DNA of 58,389 bases, the filler included, from Circinaria calcarea (Eukaryota): the NCBI GenBank assembly GCA_051942165.1. It is 9 parts of 9 records of this genome, joined end to end, with 100 filler letters (N's around TTAATTAATTAA, not from the genome) between each part and the next. Parts side by side here need not be neighbours in the genome. Positions count along the whole stretch, not along the records: positions 1 to 6,421 come from JAVECS010001592.1; positions 6,522 to 12,932 come from JAVECS010001593.1; 7 more parts are not named here. One strand, written 5' to 3'. Below the pieces are notes generated by a model. It worked only from the letters and a program-made list of their open reading frames with translations, was not told the DNA's origin and did no database searches. Below, piece by piece: positions 1 through 12,385 of this stretch. A program made the translations under genes and the position numbers. The number at the start of each line of letters is the position of its first letter. Position 1 is the first letter of the stretch.

Positions 1-131
1 CTCTTGGGGCATCTTGGGGGCACTTGGGGCATCTTGGGTGCTTGTAATCTGTTGTGACCGGACGGAGGGAGAGAGGGGAAGTTGTGGTGGAGAAGGAAGG
101 AAAGGGGACATGGAGATTGAACGAAGATGAA

Positions 132-194
132 GACGAAAGACGAAAGACGAAAGACGAAAGACGAAAGACGAAAGACGAAAGACGAAAGACGAAA
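132..194 (+). repeat. (GACGAAA)9 heptanucleotide microsatellite near the contig start
   Basis: Nine perfect tandem GACGAAA units read directly. Confidence 0.95.
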
Positions 195-880
195 GATAGG
201 GAGGTAAATGATTTTAGAATTTTTGTGGGGAAAAAAATGTGTGTAAGTAGGTAGGGATTTTTGGTTTTTGTTTCCCCCCCACCCCCTTCGAGGCCGTCAG
301 GTCCCTGGGAACATTGGCGACATTTCTCCTTTTCCTTTCCCTTTCCCAAGGGGAAGGGGGCCCGGGAGGGATCACGCAAGAATAAGGGTAAAAGTTAAAA
401 AAAAAGGAAAAAAAAGGAGGAGGAGGGATTCACAACAGTTGCTTTTTCCGTAGTTTGGTTGGTATTTTTTGAAGGGGGGGGGAGACTCTAGAAATATGGT
501 TATGAACCAGGCAAGGGCATGGGCATGGGGAATTTTTTTTTCTTGGGGCGGATAAATACGTAGTAAATTGCAAAAGGGACCCTGGGATGAATGGAGACCA
601 CAGGATGTGGGTATTAGGTAACAACCGTCTACTGTAGATTGACAATGCGGGGAATGGGATTAATCCGTGGTGTAATCACAAAGGTTGAATTTCTCTTTTT
701 TTTTGCGGCTTCTTTTTCTTCGTCTTCTTCGCCTTTCTTTACGCGTTACGGGCCTTCTCTCATAAAAGTACAGACGAGTTCGAACGAGCTAGAAAAAAGA
801 ACTATACGTAGACATGTAAAACCTCCCTCTTCCGGTCATTATCCCCTTTCCCTTTCCCCCATCACCGAGTCAGTTACATT

Positions 881-1839
881 TTACATCAAAAGCACAACTA
901 AAGCCCCCAGTCCCATCAATGTACCACCCGCACTCTTGGCCACTCTCCCGGCGCCTCCGGTCGAAAACGCTGTGATAGCCGGGGCATCTCCGGTCGAGCT
1001 ACCAGACGGTGTAAAGGTCGATGTCCTCAATGTAAGTTGTCCGCTACCGGTTGCCTGAATGGTGGTGGAATTAGCCATAACCGAGAAACCTGTACCGACC
1101 GCGATCGGAGACGAGGTGATAACGGTTGCTGCAGCGGTGGAGCTGGCGGAGGAAACCAGCGCACTGGTAGAGACGGCGTTGCTGAAAGAGACGGCAGTAG
1201 GGGTCGCGGAAACGAGGGCGCTGGTGGCGGCCGTCACAGGCGCTTGGATTTGACCGTCCCCGATCTGGCTGACGGGATAATACTGGAGCGGGGTGGTGGC
1301 GGCTTGGACTTGACCGTCCGAGACCTGAGTGACAGGCGCATTTCCTTGAGCGATGGTGCTTGTCATTTCGACGCTGCTAATCGAGTACTGGGAGTTGGAG
1401 ATGCCGAATTGCGAGGTATATTGGTATGCGCCAGTTGCGTCGACGATGAGCTGGATGCCGTAGCCGGTGGTGTCTGGCACCAGCCCGGTAGAGGGAGTCC
1501 AGCTGTAGGTACCGGTGTTGGGAATCTTATCGGCGATGAGAGATAAGGGAAGGATATTGGTCGAGGGGCCGCGGAGGAGGACGAGAGTCACGGTTCCGGT
1601 TGTTGTGGGCTGCGTGGATGGTCAGTTCTGAGATCGAAGTAGAGGAGGGAGGTTGTACGTACGTCCCAGGTGATGGTGTAGGGTTCCCCGGCTGGGACAA
1701 TCTCGTTGAGAGCAGGTTCATAGATTGAATTACCGCTGGGCTCTGCACCCACTGGGGTGGTATAAGGGGGAAGAGAGGACGAGGCCGAGGCCAAGCCAGC
1801 GAAGGCTACCGAGACAATGGTAGCTACGGAGAAACGCAT
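881..1839 (-). CDS. GPI-anchored Ser/Thr-rich cell wall protein with Kre9/Knh1-like N-terminal domain and two PIR-type repeats; exons 1839-1663 and 1609-881 (~301 aa)
   Basis: Signal peptide MRFSVATIVSVAFAGLASA; IYEPALNEIVPAGEPYTITWD|PTTTGTVTLVLLRGPSTN..IPNTGTYSWTPS..YGIQLI..YQYTSQFGI; 53-nt GT..CTGAC..CAG intron 1662-1610; hydrophobic C-terminal GPI signal. Confidence 0.88.
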
Positions 1840-3766
1840 GGTGAATTATGCACGAAAAGTACTGATGCTGTAGATGACTGTTTGTGCTCGGTGTACCGCG
1901 AATAAAGAATGTTTGATTGGAATGAGTGACTTTGGTGAAAGCGTGTATATATAGATAGAGGATATTAACAAATGCTAAAGAGCGACTGTAGTTTGAAGCA
2001 CTGGAAAAGCTGCAGAGTAAGAAGGAGAGGCTGACCACAATATGTAGGCAGGCTACTTCCGTCTTATAGGGGCGTGGCGCATTTCATCTCAACCGACTTC
2101 GAGGCTCGGGGATTTCCCCTGAGAGCCACCATCTCTCATTCCGTCCAGCCGATGATCTTTTATTAGCCTCCTGTTGGAAATCATCCGTAATATCCAACGC
2201 CTCCGCCTCCTCGGCCGTCGTTTCTCGTCGTTGTGATTGGAATCGTCAACCGAAACAATTTCCTTTCGTCTGGAACCGGTAAGGCTGGTTTCTCGCTAGC
2301 CTCGAAGTCGACCGGGGTACGGGAGATTGGGGGAGAAAAGATCCGGGCGTGCCGGGGGTAATTTTAAGCGGCATCTCTCCATCAACTACAAGTACTCCGT
2401 AAAAACGAATGATACTTTATATTCCCGCTCGCATCTCTGGGGGATGGGAAGTTGGCGAACCGGTGGTGGTCAAACTCGCGTCTAAAAGGCACGCCGTCAA
2501 AGCTTCCTGCAGTCTGTTGACCTTACGGATGACAGTACGGAGTAGGTGGCCAAGGCACGTAACAAAGTACTCGTTAACACGACGAGCACCGGGTATTCCG
2601 ATAAGAGCCCTTCACCCGTCTTTGCAGCGGCTACAATAGACATGATGGAAATGGTCGACGGCCTGCGCTGCGAGGAGTGCACTCGGTATAGTTGAAAGAT
2701 TTTGCGACACGGACTATTCTTCGATGGGTCGGACTTGTTGTGGCGTGTAGTAACATGGAGTTCGGAGGCAGGCGGATTACACAGACGGGATTACATATGC
2801 AGGGACACCCGTCCATTTCACCCGTGCCCACTGTACAGAGTACACAGAAGGTCGACCGCCACGCGGATCCCGTGTCAATGGCATGGCGGGGCATACCATA
2901 CTTCTTTTCTAGAACACCTCTGCCAGCCCTGTAGATCATCCCGCCCCGAAGGTGGTGGAGCATCGGAAAGAGGGGGTTGATCAAGTGAATTAAGAAGTCA
3001 ATTAAGCTTTCCTCTATCTTTTAGATGTTCATCTCTCACAAACGCTCAAGCCCAGGCCCCACCAAAAAACAAAAAAAAAAGATAATCCATCGAGTTTAGC
3101 TAGTCGATAGTCGATAGCCGAGACCCTGTCGCATCTGGAGACGAAACACGCTGCGCAGATTAGTACCTTTGTACCTGATTTGATCTCATCTCTGTTTGTT
3201 GCTGTCGCTGGCGTCAAGCAATCATCGTGTCTGGAAGTCAACTCGATCGTCCTCTGATTGCCTCCCACTCCGCTTCAACTCCGACGAGTTCGGCGAGGAA
3301 ACCCCTTCCCTATCCTTCCCTATCCTGTACCCCTCTCTTCCCAAAATCGTCGATACAGCACCCAACGAGCCGAAGCTGTTCTGCCGACTCACAGTTGACG
3401 GAGAGACCTTCCGGTCCGACGGCTTGTTGATCCTCACTCAGTCATCATCCTTTCTACGCTTTCCGGACCATCTTTCCTCAATGCGATCCTCGCTGCCCCT
3501 CACGCGCCAAACTGCAGAACCCCAAAGGGTGCAATTGCTTGAATAGCAGCGAATACAAGGGATAGAATCAGAAAACGTGCACAAGGAGAATCAATAATTG
3601 TAAGAGGAGGAGATTTGTACGACGACTTCACAACTGGCCGACCAGATGCGCGTCTCGGGAGCTATGCAACTACTCGTTCGGTGGTGCTGCGAAGGTTCGT
3701 AGCAAGCTTTCGGGCTACCTCTGCCATAGAATACATCCTCCCCTCGGCATATACGCAGAAATCACG

Positions 3767-6421
3767 ATGCGGCGTCATCACAGGAGCAGTGCCAGTGCAG
3801 CGACGTTTGCAAAGGCCAGCAATGTCCCTATCCCTGACGCGATATCGTTGATCAGGACCTTCAACTCCGAGACTAATCCGTCCAGACCTGTTCGACCATC
3901 ACCTTTGACGGCATCGCCCATTCAAGGGATGCCGCTGGATGTGCTCGATAGAATTCGCTCCTTTCCTCTATTTCTCTCCGCGCCAGAGTCGTTTCTAGTA
4001 GCCATTGGAGCTCATCTGCGGCCTCAATCGCACTCGACTCATGACTACATCCTTACCGAAGGCGACGAAGCCAAAGCCATGTATTGGTTGGTTAGAGGGG
4101 TTGTCGCTGTCACGTCTAGGGACGGCGAAAGTACATATGCAGAACTGAAGCCTGGAGCTTTCTTCGGAGAAATTGGAATATTAATGAATATACCACGCAC
4201 TGCAACTATCGTGGCCCGGGCGAAATGCTTGTTGGTGGTTCTGAAACAGGAGGACCTGAAAAAGGTGCTGCCAAGTTTCCCAGAGGTTGAGCGAGCGATA
4301 CGAGACGAAGCCGAAGAAAGGCTTGTCATCTTGGACCGTAAGAAGAAAGAGAAATTGACTACCAACTCTCCGGATTCTAGTTTTCTGCAAGCTCGTGGAG
4401 AGAAGAGGGCCTACGGTGATGAGGATGGCGACGTTATCATGCATAATGATGGGTCTACACGATCGAATGGGACGATTAATAACAAAAAAAGAAAATCTCC
4501 ATCTCCAGGCCTCGTAAACGTAACACCATCCAGCGCGCTTGGAAGCGGAATGGTGCATGTGAGACAGCTACTCAAGGAACTGCCTCTTTTTTCCGAACTA
4601 CCACCTGAAATGCTGCATTTCCTGGGTTTGAATGCCCAACCGCGTACGTACCCACCATTCACCGATATCATCCAACAGGACTCGCAAGGGCGGGAGATAT
4701 ACTTCATCGTTCGAGGAGAGGTAGAAGTGATTGACGAAAAGGCAACCGGCCAAACTTGTAATCTACGCCTGATGCCAAGTGGAAGTGGCAGGAATACAAG
4801 GGGAGGACTCCAAGTCAAGGCCCGCTTGAGGCAGGGTCAGTACTTTGGCGAAGTCGCAAGCCTATCACTCGCTCCTCGAAGGACCGCCACGGTTCGCTCT
4901 ATTTCTTCGGTTGAATGTTTGGTGATCCCCGGGGAGGTACTGGCCGAATTCTGGACGCGATGCCCACCATTACTCAAGGAGCAAGTGGAGAAAACGGCAC
5001 GGCAGAGACTGCAGTCGAAACCGGACAACGATATTATTATGACAGACTCCACAGATTCGACTCCTCCGATAGATGAACTGGCAATTGGGGACAAAGTGCC
5101 GAAACCACCTAGAAGGCAGTCTGTTCCCATGGTAACATTGAGTTTCACCAAACCGGAAAGCCCTCATAAACCTAGTCGGATTGAGGACCGTCCGGTGATA
5201 GAACCTTTTGATCCCGACCCATTCCTCAACGCAGACCTTGACAACATCCGCTCTCGCTCCAGACGACCTTCTCTGGCACCTCCACCCCCAGACGCTCCAC
5301 CCAATGGCCATGAGAAGAGACCCGTAACAAAGTCTGCTGCACCTGCTAGGATCAAACATGCCATTACACCTCCTGACATCTACCTAACACCCAAGCGACC
5401 TAAAATTCTACTGCAGAGGCCGAGCGAAGTTAGCAACGGCATTTTTCATAACAACATCCTCATCTCGATCTTCTCACATTTAGATTTACATCATTTGATG
5501 CAACTGCGACGAGTGTCAGTTCATTGGTCCAGGCTGCTTCGGGAATCACCAGATTTACTACAACATCTTAATCTTTCCATGTACAACCGTAGGATTACGG
5601 ACTCTGCTCTAGTCAATCAAATCTGTCCTTTCGTCGGGACAAGGCCTCGCCATATCGACATAAGCAACTGCTTCCACATGACCGACGAGGGTTTCACCGC
5701 GCTTGCGGTTACCTGTGGAGGTAGAGCTATATCGTGGAAGATGAAAAGCGTCTGGGACATCACGCAGGTCGCCGTTGTCAAAATGGTCGAAACCGCCAAA
5801 AATCTGGAAGAAATCGATCTGAGCAATTGTCGGAAAGTTAGCGATACCCTTCTTGCAAGAGTGGTAGGTTGGGTGGTCGAAGGTCCATCGACACAGATCC
5901 AAACACCTCATCCTAATGGTCGACGCGGTGCTTCCCGATTTGGTATATCTCAGAATGTCCCTATCGGTACCGTCCACGGATGCCCGAAGTTGAAGAAACT
6001 CACTCTGTCGTATTGCAAGCACGTAACAGATCGGTCAATGGCTCACCTAGCAGCTTATGCGCATACCAGACTAGAAGAAATTGACTTGACGCGCTGCACC
6101 ACCATCACCGATCAAGGATTTCAGCAATGGGGTCAGAAGGCTTTCACGAGATTGAGCAAGCTTTGTTTGGCAGACTGTACATACCTGACTGATAATGCAA
6201 TCGTCTATCTGACCAATGCGGCCAAGGGGTTGCGAGATCTCGATTTGGTGAGCAAGCATCAATGTCTTCATGATGAAATACGTTTTAACATAAAACTTCC
6301 TACAGTCCTTTTGCTGCGCTCTCTCCGATACCGCCACCGAAGTCCTCGCCCTGGGCTGTCCCCATCTCACCCACCTGAATCTCTCGTTTTGTGGCTCCGC
6401 CGTCTCAGACTCCTCCCTCCG
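3767..6421 (+). CDS. Protein with two cyclic-nucleotide-binding domains, an F-box and leucine-rich repeats; 3' truncated by contig end; intron 6248-6305
   Basis: CNB motifs FFGEIGILMNIPRTATIVA and YFGEVASLSLAPRRTATVRS; F-box ILISIFSHLDLHHLMQLRRVSVHW; Cys-containing LRRs (LEEIDLSNCRKVSD, LKKLTLSYCKHVTD); GTGAGC..TACAG intron restores SFCCALSDTATEVLALGC. Confidence 0.9.
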
Positions 6422-6521
6422 NNNNNNNNNNNNNNNNNNNNNNNNNNNNNNNNNNNNNNNNNNNNTTAATTAATTAANNNNNNNNNNNNNNNNNNNNNNN
6501 NNNNNNNNNNNNNNNNNNNNN
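6422..6521. other. Artificial 100-bp contig spacer (N run with TTAATTAATTAA). Identical spacers at 12933-13032, 19435-19534, 25936-26035, 32437-32536, 38932-39031, 45423-45522 and 51911-52010
   Basis: Same linker with stops in all six frames; genes are cut at the spacers; contig lengths fall or stay equal from one to the next. Confidence 0.98.
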
Positions 6522-7265
6522 CACGGTATTCGGTTCAGTCGAGGCTTTGGAGAATAAATGGTTTGACGCCGATGTGAAGGGATTGGCGGGAAAACAAAGC
6601 AAGACGGCCAATAGAGATTTCGCAAGACAGGTCTCGGAGTGGACGTTTATGGAAATCGGAGTCTTGAAGGTTGGCAAGGTTGAGCATCATCTAAGCTCGA
6701 TTTCACATGGAACGGTCGGAAATGATAGTGTGGCTCAGCTAGGGTACTTGAATCCTCAAATCTATAGGGTGAAAAACGATGTGGTAAGTCCTCCTCAAAT
6801 TCCTTACTCGGGAAGCTAGCTTCTAATTAATATGCCTAGACCTTCAACATTGAGCTTTCCGAATATACCTCTACTCACTTCTCCCCCTTCACGGTCCCAC
6901 CCTTAGACTCCCTCCAACTAGAATTCACAATGCTCTCTCCCTTCCACCGCCTCAACCTTAAGCCAATTTCCACCACTCATAACAGCACCATCTTCAGCGC
7001 TACTTTCACTCTCCCAGACCAACATGGCATCTTTGCTTTCCGCGTCAACTACAAACGCCCCTTTTTGACAAACATCGACGTTAAGAAGGAGGTCACGGTC
7101 AGACACTTCGCTCACGACGAGTGGCCGCGAAGTTGGATGATCAGCGGTGGATGGGTATGGATTGCCGGGGTCTGGGTCACAGTGATAGGGTGGATGGCGT
7201 TTGTGGGGATATGGCTTTGGAGCGAGCCAGCGTATGAGAAGGGGAAAGGGAAGAAGATGCAGTGA
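6522..7265 (+). CDS. WBP1: Oligosaccharyltransferase subunit Wbp1/OST48, 3' part (5' truncated); intron 6784-6839
   Basis: NPQIYRVKNDV|TFNIELSEY..QLEFTMLSPFHRL..FTLPDQHGIFAFRVNYKRPFLT..VRHFAHDEWPRSW; C-terminal TM helix and KKMQ dilysine ER-retrieval signal. Confidence 0.93.
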
Positions 7266-7623
7266 ATTAATTGTAGGATTATATCAGGTAGATAGAAAAG
7301 CTTTGACCCCAGAGATCGTCCAACAATACTTAGTGACTCGGTGATTGCTTATATTCGGGCTTCCTGAGTTTAGCTCAGCTTGAATCCTGCAACCACACAT
7401 GACATTGTGATTTACAGCTTCTTGCCAATATCTTGCAACAGAGCCCCGGTTTTCCAACACCTCAAGGCAAGACTCCAGAGAGGAGGTATACCCTCCTGCC
7501 TTCACCATATATAAAAACGCCGCCGATGCTCGCTAATGATCAACAACCCTCCATCAAGCCTCTTCATCGACGTACACCGGCCTCTTCTCCGTTCTCAATA
7601 TCTATGCAATCTCCCTCTTCCCA

Positions 7624-8134
7624 TTACGGCTCCTCCCCCTCCCCATCCGTCGTCCCAACTACTTTTCCCACAGCTGGCCGCCCTCCATACAACTGCCTCC
7701 TCTCGCCGTCTTCACCCGGACCCGTGCCGGCTTCAAGTTCTGTCGAGACGGCGATGGGCTGGTTGCCGCGGAAGCGCTTGCGCATGTCGACCATGCCTTT
7801 TCTGTAATCGGATTAGAAGCCGTGAGGGAGGGTGAGGTTTGCGGGGGCTGATGGATGGAGCCGGGAAGAAAAGACGAACTTGCAATCCCCATACCCTCGC
7901 TTTAGCTGCTGGCAGCGCATGGGCAGCGTGTCTGCCAACGGTGGGCGCAGGCAATCAGACGGTTTGTTCCGCTCCAGCATGACGCAGTCGGAGGATTGGA
8001 GGCAGGCGGCTAGAGCGGCTCCTGCTTGGTGAGAGTGTCTGTTAGTGGAGAAGGTAGGAGGGAGCGAGGAGGAAAGGAGTAAGAGGGTTGAGAGTTGGGG
8101 GGGAAGTACGGATTTCTTTGCAGGAGGAGGGCAT
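7624..8134 (-). CDS. PET191: Cytochrome c oxidase assembly factor Pet191/COA5; exons 8134-8110, 8021-7880, 7801-7624
   Basis: Spliced translation MPSSCKEIRAALAACLQSSDCVMLERNKPSDCLRPPLADTLPMRCQQLKRGYGDCKKGMVDMRKRFRGNQPI, with a twin CX9C-like pattern; not recovered by the ORF track. Confidence 0.92.
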
Positions 8135-9178
8135 GATTGCGTAGGGGGAATAGTGTGGTAGTTGCGCTGGGAGATTTTAGATAGTACAGGATGGGATTTG
8201 GGCGTGGCAGTTCCTGTGGTGGTGTATCATCTCGTAAATATACTGTTGGAGGGAGTATCGATAGAGATCTCGGCTACTGTAGGGCAAGAGGTTTGCCAAG
8301 TCTTGGATGTATTTAGTCAATCTTAGGAATTACGTCGGTTTTGCAGCATACATCTACTGATGGCTACCAGCGACTGGCCCAGATAAGGGGCGTTGAAGAT
8401 TATGCACCGCCTACAGAGCTGGTAATAATTGGAAACTTCTCCTCAAATGAATGATCATTAGGGCTTTGTAGAACTGTTCCCTCTATTTACCCCATGTGAC
8501 ACCAAGGGTAGACTGCTTCTGGAGCACTATCATCCAATGGCGGAACCTTTATATTTTCGCAGGTTATCTATTTGTGGAAGCCATTGACAATTGGTGGAGT
8601 GCGGTTTCTTAGAGGAAGAGGAAAAAAAGATGGAACTATGTTGGCCGATGCAGCTGAGCATGAGGATTTTTCGTTTACCACACTGACAGTTGAGACTGGT
8701 TGAAGTGGCAATACCTATACTACAGAGCGAGCCAGCGATAATCTGCTGATGTTACATTTCATATGAGAAGTAGTATAGAGGAGTTGATAGCTGTGCCTTT
8801 ACGAAAGCCCGTGGGAGGTATTAATAATGCAATATAGCAAGATATTGGGGACTCGCCTGTCTATAGACCGACGTATAAGTCTTTCAGAAGGAAAGTACTG
8901 AGGGAGTTGACAACGTTGACGACTCTATGGTTGGCACTTTCCTCACTCGATGATCAACTTCCCTCATGTTGTTACTTCTCTGATCACTTCTCATCTTCAC
9001 CTCTTCTCTCCTTGCTTGTCACTCTTTGCTTACCAGCCGACGTTCGTTTCGAATACTTTGCTTTCCTTGCTCATACAATTTTGGATAGATTGCTTTGCTT
9101 TGCTCTCTTTTTGGCAAGGGTAATGCATTTGCGTTTGCCAAAATAATTTACAGCAGGCCTTCTTTCTCTTAGCCCCAG

Positions 9179-12100
9179 ATGCTATCCCGTGGGGACAGCA
9201 ATGCTTCGTCAAATCTTCGTCGAGCTAAGTCTACATCTTCGGCCAGAACAAATGTGCCTCCATTGGATCCCCAAAGTCTTGACCCAGAACTCGCCCGTCG
9301 TCAAGCTCTTACTGCTGCAAACATCGCCTTCGAGCGCGCCCATGATCGTGTGTTTGGCTCCAGTGGCGCGGACAGTTCCATGACCAAGGGGGGTAAAGAT
9401 GAGACTGGAGTGATGGAAGATGGAGATGAAGCATTGCATCGGAGACAAAGTGTCCGCTTCACGGGGCCAACAGCTGGTCCAAGTCTACAACGTTCGATAA
9501 CCAGACGTCAAGCGCCAACCATAACTGTTGATCCAGCATCAAGACTGCAAATACCACCGTACACTCAAACGCAGAGAAGTTCATCTCCTCATGGCTCCCT
9601 AAGTTCGGCAACCGCTACATCAAAGTCCAACGATTCGTCCTCGCGTAAGATTAGGAAGTCGAGGTCGGTGTTCAATACCCGAAAAACACCTCCGATGGTG
9701 CTGAGACGTCGAGGCTCCAATGCCGAAGGTCCTCAGGAACAAGGAAACCGTCGGTTCTCATCAAGCAGTGACTGCAAAGTGCACACGAGTACCAAGTCGC
9801 AAGGTACGGTATTTGTCTGTCGTCCGAATGACAAGGGCATACCAACCTTACAACAGCCAGAATACACCCATGACGCGGCAATCCAGTTAGCTCGGGATGA
9901 GTATCTTCGCCAATTGGAAGAGCAGAGGTTGAGGGAACGGCCTTCATTTCTTTCCCTTAATAATAACCGGTCTCAAAAGTCCTTTCGGAGAACAGTTCGC
10001 ACTAACAGTACCAATGGCTATGGAAATGCAATAGCGTCGCCCATGTCTCTACCATTGACAAAGCCCAAGGGGATCGGAACCAAAGCAAGAGATATTTCCA
10101 TATCACTCAAGAACAAGCTCAAACGTATGTTCCAAAAGGAGCAAACCTCTGATCCTGTCTTCCCGAACCAGCAGATAAACTCACAGCGTCAACACTTTGG
10201 AGACCAAATTAATCTCACATCAAAATCAGACCGTGGGCCCCAATCCATACCAGTTCCAGGCCACGAGTTGCTTCATCGGGTTAATTCACGCCCGGTATCA
10301 CCGCTTCGGATGCCAGTCCACCTTGATCAAGCGGATAGTCCAGGTAGCATCAGAAGTATATCTGGAAGTGATCACCCTAGCTTTTCAGCTTCCCGGGTCA
10401 CCAGCTGGGCAAATTCCACGGCTGCAAATACATTGAGCAAACAAGAGCTTACGGAAAAGCAACGTCTCTCGATTATTCAGGAGAACGGAGGACCATACCA
10501 ACCGTCGTCAATAGCGAATAGTCGAGCTGGTATTGCTGCTCGTAATGGCTATGCACTGTTTCGAAGACCTCTGCATCGCAATAACGACAGCGACAAGACT
10601 AACGCTCCCATCAATAGCCAGCGCGTATTCTCGGCATTACAGAAGAGACTTAATGGACAGAATCACAGTAAACAGCCAGACGTGCGTACACAACACAACA
10701 CTTCTGCGCCGCAAGAGAAAGAACATGAAAAAGAACAGGATTATTTTGGAGATTACCCACGAGATGTTACTCAGATCTCCCGAACCCCTACGCCTACCAA
10801 CAGAGGTATAACGAGGCCGTTCGAAAATGGGCTGACAGGCGACGCTCGGATCAGAGGATCGAAGTCTTCCAACTTCGAAAACTTACCTATTGGTTATGGT
10901 AACAATGTATTCAGATCTTCATCTGCGGGCTCAGCAAACCGCAATCCTGTACCAGGAGGTGCAGATCGCCTTCGTGACTTGACACCGCAGCAAATTGCAG
11001 ATCTCAACGAAAAGTCAAAGAAACCACTGAGAGAAGTCAAATCAGCATTTTTTCCGTCCACTACCGACTATCAAAGTGCGATTATTAGTCCATTCAGAAG
11101 AGCACTTCTCTCCAGTGACGAGGATGAGAAGAGTGAGATTCAGAGGAGAAAGAAACGGCACCGCCATACAGTACAATTACTCCAACCATCCGGTAAGCCA
11201 TATCAGTCATCCAAGTCAGTCAAAGCTGGGTTCCAAGTTGGAAGTACCACTGGTTCAGAAAGCGCGTATTCTAGAACGACGAGTGGCCGCACTCCCCGAC
11301 CTTTCGATACCCCACGGCCTTATGAGAGCACCACGTCGCTGGCGAGATCTGAAAGTAGTGTTGAGCCGGGTGTTGCGCTAATCCATACTGACGACCCTAC
11401 CAATCTCTCTCGTTCTAATCGACCTGCCATTCGCCGCCGTATGTCACTTTCCGAGCCCAGCGGAGAATGGAAAGAGTGGATGGCTACCCAGGTGTCTAAT
11501 CTGGAAGTCCCCAGCAGCAGTGATATTCAGCTATCAAAGCCATACGCTGGTAAGGAGAATGCGCATAGAAAGGGAAAAGGTCACAAAAGGGAGAACGCTC
11601 AGATTCACGGAGACGACACAGACATTGGCTTAAGTCGGCCCCTGATTTCTGCTCCAAAGCAGCCCTTGGGGAACCTGCAAAAGAGCGCTACCCCCAGGCC
11701 GCAGCTAATGCACAAGACCTCTGATCAAATGTTCGAAAAGTATCCCCTTCGTTTCCCTCTGATTGAGCGACCGGCATCAAGGACAGATAAGCAAACGAGA
11801 CAGGTATCTACCAAAACAAAAGATTCGTCGGAGTCGTTGAAGCAAACGGTTTCTAACGCCGAGAATCTGCGAGTACCCTCCCAAAGGCACCGTCAAACGA
11901 GTACGCTGCGCCCATCAGCATCATACGCATCTCTCGGAGTACAAGAAGCACATCAGCTGAGATCTGTAATGGATAACGAGAAACTACAAAGACCGCAACT
12001 TCGGGAGAGCCGTAGTATGGGCAATAGTCGGACCTCATTAAAGATGAGCCCTTCGACCAACTCGGGCAGTCGATACAGTCCGGAGCGGCAAGCACGTCTT

Positions 12101-12385
12101 CGCCGTAGACGAAGCAATACCACATTGGACTGGAAAGAGAATATGGGCAACCCTAGCCAGCTGCATCCACTACGGAGCAACCGACCGGAAAACCAGGGCA
12201 TGAATGAAACTAGATCGAGTTTTTCGGCAGAAGATCTCTCTGGCGCTCGTGGCACCAGCCTACTGTATCCGGTTACGACGCGGCAGCAGGTCGAAGGGAC
12301 GAAGAAGCTGGTGGATCTCTTCTTGAACAGCCGACGAACGAGCATACAGATGAGTGAGGAGCATTCGGCCCCTGCTTTCATCTAG
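9179..12385 (+). CDS. Large intronless Ser/Arg/Pro-rich, probably disordered hypothetical protein (1068 aa)
   Basis: 3.2-kb uninterrupted ORF from ATG; no domain recognised. Confidence 0.75.
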   Translation: MLSRGDSNASSNLRRAKSTSSARTNVPPLDPQSLDPELARRQALTAANIAFERAHDRVFGSSGADSSMTKGGKDETGVMEDGDEALHRRQSVRFTGPTAGPSLQRSITRRQAPTITVDPASRLQIPPYTQTQRSSSPHGSLSSATATSKSNDSSSRKIRKSRSVFNTRKTPPMVLRRRGSNAEGPQEQGNRRFSSSSDCKVHTSTKSQGTVFVCRPNDKGIPTLQQPEYTHDAAIQLARDEYLRQLEEQRLRERPSFLSLNNNRSQKSFRRTVRTNSTNGYGNAIASPMSLPLTKPKGIGTKARDISISLKNKLKRMFQKEQTSDPVFPNQQINSQRQHFGDQINLTSKSDRGPQSIPVPGHELLHRVNSRPVSPLRMPVHLDQADSPGSIRSISGSDHPSFSASRVTSWANSTAANTLSKQELTEKQRLSIIQENGGPYQPSSIANSRAGIAARNGYALFRRPLHRNNDSDKTNAPINSQRVFSALQKRLNGQNHSKQPDVRTQHNTSAPQEKEHEKEQDYFGDYPRDVTQISRTPTPTNRGITRPFENGLTGDARIRGSKSSNFENLPIGYGNNVFRSSSAGSANRNPVPGGADRLRDLTPQQIADLNEKSKKPLREVKSAFFPSTTDYQSAIISPFRRALLSSDEDEKSEIQRRKKRHRHTVQLLQPSGKPYQSSKSVKAGFQVGSTTGSESAYSRTTSGRTPRPFDTPRPYESTTSLARSESSVEPGVALIHTDDPTNLSRSNRPAIRRRMSLSEPSGEWKEWMATQVSNLEVPSSSDIQLSKPYAGKENAHRKGKGHKRENAQIHGDDTDIGLSRPLISAPKQPLGNLQKSATPRPQLMHKTSDQMFEKYPLRFPLIERPASRTDKQTRQVSTKTKDSSESLKQTVSNAENLRVPSQRHRQTSTLRPSASYASLGVQEAHQLRSVMDNEKLQRPQLRESRSMGNSRTSLKMSPSTNSGSRYSPERQARLRRRRSNTTLDWKENMGNPSQLHPLRSNRPENQGMNETRSSFSAEDLSGARGTSLLYPVTTRQQVEGTKKLVDLFLNSRRTSIQMSEEHSAPAFI

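Noticed and set aside
4045..6370. Many antisense and alternate-frame ORFs over real genes (also within 9179-12385, TFA1 and MEF1)
   Set aside because: Shadow ORFs of long coding sequences with no recognisable motifs.
6467..6478. Recurrent TTAATTAATTAA motif
   Set aside because: Artificial linker embedded in N runs.
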